Part shown: positions 56,991 to 64,000 of the stretch, piece after piece
Numbering within the stretch: the stretch's first letter is position 1
How the letters are laid out: each line of letters opens with the position of its first letter
Assembly: GCF_001194135.2 (NCBI RefSeq)
Contig: NC_069002.1
Span: 480,903-544,902, forward strand
Reading direction: 5' to 3'
DNA length: 64,000 nucleotides
Source of the DNA: Octopus bimaculoides
Taxonomy: Eukaryota
The notes under the pieces: generated by a model
What the model saw: the letters and a program-made list of their open reading frames with translations, nothing else
Told to the model about the DNA's origin: nothing
Database searches by the model: none
Translations under genes and position numbers: made by a program

Positions 56991-57474
56991 ACAGCTGGAA
57001 TAATAACAATAGATGATGCTGGTGATGATGATGTTAATGACGTCGACCGACTGCGATGATAACGACGATAACGATGTTGCTGTTGATGGTTGTGATGTAT
57101 GCGNNNNNNNNNNNNNNNNNNNNNNNNNNNNNNNNNNNNNNNNNNNNNNNNNNNNNNNNNNNNNNNNNNNNNNNNNNNNNNNNNNNNNNNNNNNNNNNNN
57201 NNNNNNNNNNNNNNNNNNNNNNNNNNNNNNNNNNNNNNNNNNNNNNNNNNNNNNNNNNNNNNNNNNNNNNNNNNNNNNNNNNNNNNNNNNNNNNNNNNNN
57301 NNNNNNNNNNNNNNNNNNNNNNNNNNNNNNNNNNNNNNNNNNNNNNNNNNNNNNNNNNNNNNNNNNNNNNNNNNNNNNNNNNNNNNNNNNNNNNNNNNNN
57401 NNNNNNNNNNNNNNNNNNNNNNNNNNNNNNNNNNNNNNNNNNNNNNNNNNNNNNNNNNNNNNNNNNNNNNNNNN

Positions 57475-57542
<68 letters not shown>

Positions 57543-57813
57543 GCGTGTGTGTAAATTTATAAATGTACATATAAATAATATACATACGCGTGTACATATA
57601 TAAATATCCATATAGATATGTACACACACACACACACACACACACACCCATATATATATACATACACATTTATGTACCCAAATATGTGTATGTATGTATT
57701 TATGTACGTGTGAGTAGTCTGTATGTGTGTATGTGTGATACTGCTCTCATTTACAAACTCACACAGGCATAAAGTGTCTTTCTCACACAAACACACAATC
57801 TCTCTCTCTCTCA

Positions 57814-57862
<49 letters not shown>

Positions 57863-57924
57863 ACAATCTCACACACGTCTGTTGTTTTCGATTCTGAAAG
57901 AGATCGATACGGACGCAGCTATGA

Positions 57925-58238
57925 AGTTATAAAGTAATAATGAGAACAACAACAACAACATCAGCAACAACAGCGAGCGACGCAGCAGCAGTGACAACAG
58001 TAACAACAACAACAGAGATAAACTGGACCACCCAGTATTACAACAACAACAAGAATGATAACCACTCAGAAACAACAAAAAAAAATACCCACTATGAATG
58101 CTACCTAGAACAACAACAACAAGAATTTTGGACCATAACAGCCGCAATAACAAAAGTGCATCAACAACAATAACAACAACATTAATGAGATCAGCAATAG
58201 GAACATCAGCAACAATACCAACAGCAGTTGTGCTACGG

Positions 58239-58270
<32 letters not shown>

Positions 58271-59960
58271 CTGAACAACTGCATGAACATCACTAACACC
58301 TACACAATCGGCAGCACTACCACTACTCTATGACCACCACTACTACAATCATCATCAGCACCACCACCACCACTGCCACTGCCACCACCAAATACGCCAT
58401 GTCCACCCCTACTCCTACTGTAACCATTAACGACAACAACATGAATACACCCCCCCACCACCACCACCGCCAACAACAACAATAATGAGAAGCTACAATG
58501 TTTGAAATATTTATAAGTAGAGCGATGACAACAACAACAACAACTGCAACGCCATCCACGCCGTCGTCACCGTAGCCATTAAAAAATATTGCTATGACCA
58601 CTGCACCACACCACCACCACCAATACTACCGCGCCGCCATAACAACTACCACCACCACTACTACAAACGCTACGTCCACGAACGACATTAATTCAATCAC
58701 GCTCCACACCTCCACCAACAACAACGACAACATTACTACTACTACTACTACTACTACAACAACAAAATAACCAGTGTATTATTAACCCCACCCTATCAAT
58801 GCCACCACTGCTACCACAACCAACACAACAACATGACCGACACCACCAATATCAGCGACATCGGCGCCACGACCATCATCACCACCATGTCACTAGCGCC
58901 GAAACACTGCCACACTTTCATAGAGGTCGCTATAAACACCGGCATCACCGTCGTCGTAGTGTCAGTGGCACCATCATCATCATCATCATCGTCACAGCGA
59001 ACATAATGCCATCGCCAACACCGACACTACAGCAATGCCACCATCAACTCCCTCGCCACTACCAACAGTATTGCCATACCACCAATACCACCAGCGTCAC
59101 TATGGACAATGCTATCACAAGAACATCCGAAGCACCACGACCGCCTCACTGCAACGAGCGCCGTTACAAGCAGAACCACGACTACCACCNNNNNNNNNNC
59201 ACTGCAACGAGCGCCGTTACAAGCAGAACCACGACTACAACCACCACCACCACCACCACCACCACCACCACCACCATCAACATCGTTATTAACTGCAACA
59301 ACATCAATACAACCATCACCACAATTACGAATGACAATACAATATTAACACGACCACCACGACGGAACCAGGACCATCAGACTAACACATCTGCCCCACC
59401 GTCACCACCACCACCGACGACACCTTTAACTAAAAACACCATTACATCGACGCCGCCGCCGCCACCATCATCACATACACTAGCAGTGGTACCACCGTCA
59501 CTGCAAGCAACACCACCACCACCAGCAGCAGCAGCATTATAGCCATCACTACCTCTTCCGTAGCGAAGACCTCTCTACCTCCACCACTGCCATAAACATT
59601 CGCAGCAACAACATCACTATTTCAACCCAAACCATCATCTTAATGAAGAAAGCACGACGCCAACGCCGCCATCATCACCATAATCATCACAGCAAACACG
59701 AGCGCAAGCACCAACAATACCGCTACACCAGCGCCGCCACACCAACGCCGCCACGCCAACGCCGCCACGCCACAAGCTCTGCACCCAGCACCACCACCAC
59801 AACTACTGGCAAGTAGAAGCGCCATCACAACAAACAACAGCATCATTTTAACGAACAAACGACCACGTCGACGCCATCAACACCACCATCGCTGCAGCCA
59901 ACACCGGCAGCACCACCACCGTCACTTGCAGCAGTACGTGGAGGTCAAGGCATTTTCGAC
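57925..59960. repeat. About 2-kb degenerate (CAC/CAA/TAC)n trinucleotide tract
   Basis: Continuous cryptically simple sequence. It explains the His/Thr/Pro ORFs at 58799-59542 and nearby. Confidence 0.85.
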
Positions 59961-60342
59961 AACGATTGGCACATGTATTTCCGAGGTATGAGGCGTGTGT
60001 TGACGACAGTGCAGTCTTTTGATGCTGTCTCTCTTGGGAGTCGTTTCTCTCTGCCGTCGCTCTACAAATGGCGGCTTTTGAAGTTTAGCTCAACACCAAA
60101 CCAATGGCGACCGGCATTGCAAAGCAATTTTCATTCGTATGTGATTAATCTATGGCTTTACAGATACCACTACCACGTCTTCCATACACTTTCTGCGTTT
60201 GTGTATGTGTGTGTATGTGTGTGTGCACAGACACACAAACACATACACACATATGTAAATGCATATACACATGTATGTATGTATGTATGTATGTATGTAT
60301 ATATATATATATATATATGTGCATGTGTATGGATGTGTGTGG

Positions 60343-60412
<70 letters not shown>

Positions 60413-60719
60413 GTGTGTGTGTAGGTCTCTCTGTACCCGTATGTATTTATATATATTTGTCTGCATATGTGTGTGTTTATGTGTATAGATGTATGCGTGT
60501 GTGTGTATATATATGTACGTATGATAGCGCGTGTATATTGATATATTGGGCTTGTGTGAAGGAGTGTGTCAGAATGAGTGATAGAAATAATATGCAATAT
60601 GTGTATGTGTATGTGTGTAAGTATGTGTGTATGTATGCAAGTACACTTGTGCGTGTGTGTGTGGTTGAATAGTAGTCCACTATTACATCAGTTCAATTAG
60701 TATGAGGCAATGTCTATAT

Positions 60720-60830
60720 ATTGTTGTTGGAGATGGTCTCGGTTGTTAGTGATGTTGGTTGTCGATCGAGCAGACCTACGATAAAAGCCACTCCAAATGT
60801 GACTCTCCCTTCCTCTACCTGTGTCCAGAC
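60720..60830 (-). mobile_element. Family-D repeat 3' end
   Basis: ttgttgttgg...tcgatcgagcagacctacgataaaagccactccaaatgtgac. Confidence 0.55.
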
Positions 60831-60912
60831 AATCGACTTCGCCATTATCCAACGCTCTCTTTTCTGAGACACTACAATGTGATACGAGGGAGATTCAGTC
60901 GTCAGCTCGTTG

Positions 60913-60946
<34 letters not shown>

Positions 60947-62274
60947 NNNNNNNNNNNNNNNNNNNNNNNNNNNNNNNNNNNNNNNNNNNNNNNNNNNNNN
61001 NNNNNNNNNNNNNNNNNNNNNNNNNNNNNNNNNNNNNNNNNNNNNNNNNNNNNNNNNNNNNNNNNNNNNNNNNNNNNNNNNNNNNNNNNNNNNNNNNNNN
61101 NNNNNNNNNNNNNNNNNNNNNNNNNNNNNNNNNNNNNNNNNNNNNNNNNNNNNNNNNNNNNNNNNNNNNNNNNNNNNNNNNNNNNNNNNNNNNNNNNNNN
61201 NNNNNNNNNNNNNNNNNNNNNNNNNNNNNNNNNNNNNNNNNNNNNNNNNNNNNNNNNNNNNNNNNNNNNNNNNNNNNNNNNNNNNNNNNNNNNNNNNNNN
61301 NNNNNNNNNNNNNNNNNNNNNNNNNNNNNNNNNNNNNNNNNNNNNNNNNNNNNNNNNNNNNNNNNNNNNNNNNNNNNNNNNNNNNNNNNNNNNNNNNNNN
61401 NNNNNNNNNNNNNNNNNNNNNNNNNNNNATATATATATATATATATATATGATTGTGTGCGTGAGTATGCGTATATGTGATTGCTTGTGTGTGTTTGTGT
61501 GTGTTTGTGTATTATGATTATGTTTGTGCTTGTTTTTGCATGAGTTCGATACGACACGACAATATGGCAGCCAACATGGAGAAATGAATAGAATTGAGAA
61601 GGAAGAAAAGAGAAGGTGGAGGGAAAAGGGGGAAAGAGCCGAAGAGAGAGAGAGGGAGTTAATGTAGTGTATCTCTCTCTCCTCTCTCTCCCTCTCATAC
61701 ATACATATATATATTTGAAAGAAACAGAGTGAGTGAGAGAGTGTGTGTCATAGTGAAACTAGCGTAAGCAAGAGAGATATGAAGTTATGCATAGCGGAAG
61801 TGCGAAGAGGAGGAGGGGAAAGAAAGGCGTAAGAGGAAGGAAATGATTAGGCAGGCAAAAACATGAGAAAAAGGGGAAAAAACGAAAACAAAACATGGCG
61901 GAATTAAAGTAATAAAGGAGAAGCTGCAAAATGATACAAATGAGAGAGAGGGAGGGAGGGAGAGAGAGAGAAAGAGAGAGAGACAGACAGACAGACAGAG
62001 GGAGGAGGGAGAGCACAAGGAGCGCAAGGAGGAGGGGGAAACGCGGTAATTTGAAAAAAGGAAATGATATTAGTGTTAACGGAAGTTACGGCGGAAAGAT
62101 CTCGTTGCTTTTGTTGTGAGGAAGAACAAACGATTTGTTACTACGAGAAGCGACTTGGTAACAAATCACTTAGCATTCTCTTTCCTCATCTCCACTCGCT
62201 CTCCTCACACTCTCTCTCTCTTTCTCCCTTTCCATGTATCTATCTCTCTTTTGTACCTTGCATCACATTATTTC

Positions 62275-62306
<32 letters not shown>

Positions 62307-62894
62307 ACTTCTCTCCCTTTCATATAAACACAGATATAAGTACAAGGAAAGGGAAAAAAACGAAATACACATAAATAGTATAACAATCTCGCATGAACAC
62401 GTTTAATCAAACCGTTCAGAGGTATGCGGAATAATTAAACAGATTGTGTGTGTGTGGGTATATATAGATGTAAACATGAAAACAGACACACACACACACA
62501 TATATAGGCAGAGAGCGGGAGAGAGAGAGGGGAGAGATCGGTATATATAAATGTTTATCTCTATACACATGTATATGTGCATAGGCTTTTCATTCTTTTA
62601 TGTTTCTATCATCGAGCAGCGGCCTTGCTGGAGCACCACCTTCAAGGGGGTTTCACTTGACCATAGAACAATCGAAATACTTATTCTTTTAAAAATGTGA
62701 TGCTTGTTTTATTGAAATTTATTTATGGAAATGTTAATTTGGAGCACGTAAAGGAACCCAGTATAAACATGGACATAAGCACAAACACAGAGACACAGAA
62801 AAGCGGGGGGAAAGTAAGGGGGAGGTGGAGTGGGGTGGGAAGGGGAAAGATCTGCATAGAACCTGACATTGTATTCTCTATCCGTTCATAACAA

Positions 62895-63000
62895 ACTTGT
62901 ACAACCGGAAGTTATGCTTGAAGACACTAGCATCGTGGTATCGAACCTGGGACAACGTGGATATTTGGAGCTAAGTTCTAGACCGCACATTCATGGCTTA
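62895..63000 (-). mobile_element. tRNA-like SINE head fragment
   Basis: The minus strand reads ...gtgcggtctagaac...ccaggttcgataccacg...gtgtcttcaagca: a B-box plus a CORE-like start. Confidence 0.55.
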
Positions 63001-63001
63001 G

Positions 63002-63032
<31 letters not shown>

Positions 63033-63596
63033 TTAAAAATTGTAACACCATTCATTATCAGTAATCCTGAAATGTGTGTGTTTAAAATCATATATACATG
63101 CCTACATAGAGACGTACAAAGACACGTCAGCAGGATAGATCTGACAAGATTAGTAAAAAAGAGAACAAAAAAACGAAGAAACAAACCAAAAACTGAGAAC
63201 AAAAAAAAGCTCAAAAAACAAACGAAAGTAACAGCAAATCAAAATGGCGGCAAAATGTCGACGTTTAACGATAAAGTATGCTGTGTCCATGTTGTTGAGA
63301 AACATGGCGGCTTGATTGGAAATTTGTCAATGATGTTGTTTCATTGAATGAGCAAATCTGCTCTGGTAATATTGTGTGTGTTTTTAGCGTAAAGATGTGA
63401 TTGACCTGCCTTTTTGCAGATGTCGAGGCAACGCACCATTGAGAGACATTACTAACAGCAAGACGAACATAGTCAAGTATAACATGCAGTTTCTGGGAAA
63501 AGGGTTGGTGGTCGTTAGAGACGAACAACGTTCACCGCAACCAGGACTAAATATAAATTCAGGCAGCATATTAGATATATATATATAATGTTTATA

Positions 63597-63786
63597 ATAA
63601 TAATGGCACAAGGCCGGCAATTCTTGTGGGAAGGGATTAATCGCATACATCGACACCACTTCCCTCACCTGCTGCTTATTTTATCGATCCAAAAGAGATG
63701 AAAGGTAAAGTCAACCGCGGTGGCATTTCAATGCAGCTGGACAGACATTTCCCCCCGTGTCCTAACGATTCCCACATTTCACCACC

Positions 63787-63822
<36 letters not shown>

Positions 63823-64000
63823 TAATAATGATTCTAAATTTTGGTAGAAGGGCAGTAATTTTGAGGAGGGGTAAGTTGATTACATCGACCCCAGTGTTTA
63901 ACTGTTATTTATTTTATCGACCCTAAAAAGATGAAGTCAACATCAGTGGAATTTGAACTTAGAACGTAAAGATGGACGAAAGGGCGCCAAGCATATTGCC
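63597..64000 (-). mobile_element. Two adjacent family-A SINE copies separated by (ATA)n
   Basis: Both show atggcacaagg / attacatcgaccccagt / gtcaac...ggaatttgaac. The second copy runs off the window. Confidence 0.8.

Noticed and set aside
58799-59542. 247-aa His/Thr/Pro-rich ORF
   Set aside because: It arises from a degenerate CAC/CAA tract and spans an N-gap, with no domain or splice support.
62132-62167. Perfect 10-bp inverted repeat gatttgttac/gtaacaaatc
   Set aside because: The stem is too short for a pre-miRNA, and an isolated AT-rich inverted repeat of this size is plausible by chance.

Overview
Eukaryotic, AT-rich, microsatellite-saturated draft sequence with about 20 N-gaps. The repeat content resembles a coleoid cephalopod, probably Octopus (inference from recalled repeat families, not a search). 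The whole window appears to lie inside one minus-strand gene, the Collier/Olf-1/EBF (COE) transcription factor. Two coding exons of the DNA-binding domain are clear: 35465-35384 ([27 protein letters not shown]) and 11592-11472 ([40 protein letters not shown]). They join in frame across a 23.8-kb GT-AG intron. I could not find the neighbouring exons (Zn-knuckle SRCCDKKSCG... and IPT ATPCIKAISP...), so they lie outside the window or in gaps. The introns hold three tRNA-derived SINE families, a fourth interspersed repeat, a decayed Penelope-like retroelement, minisatellites and long degenerate trinucleotide tracts. Almost all ORFs in the supplied track are microsatellite or gap artefacts. No clearly novel multi-gene system is evident. 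The best leads are regulatory or RNA-level: possible restorative A-to-I recoding in the COE exon, a candidate 22-nt poison micro-exon, a fold-back SINE hairpin and inverted SINE pairs, an excess of YY1/Pho motifs, an E-box plus homeodomain-dimer cluster, and a hammerhead-like core. All of these are hypotheses.
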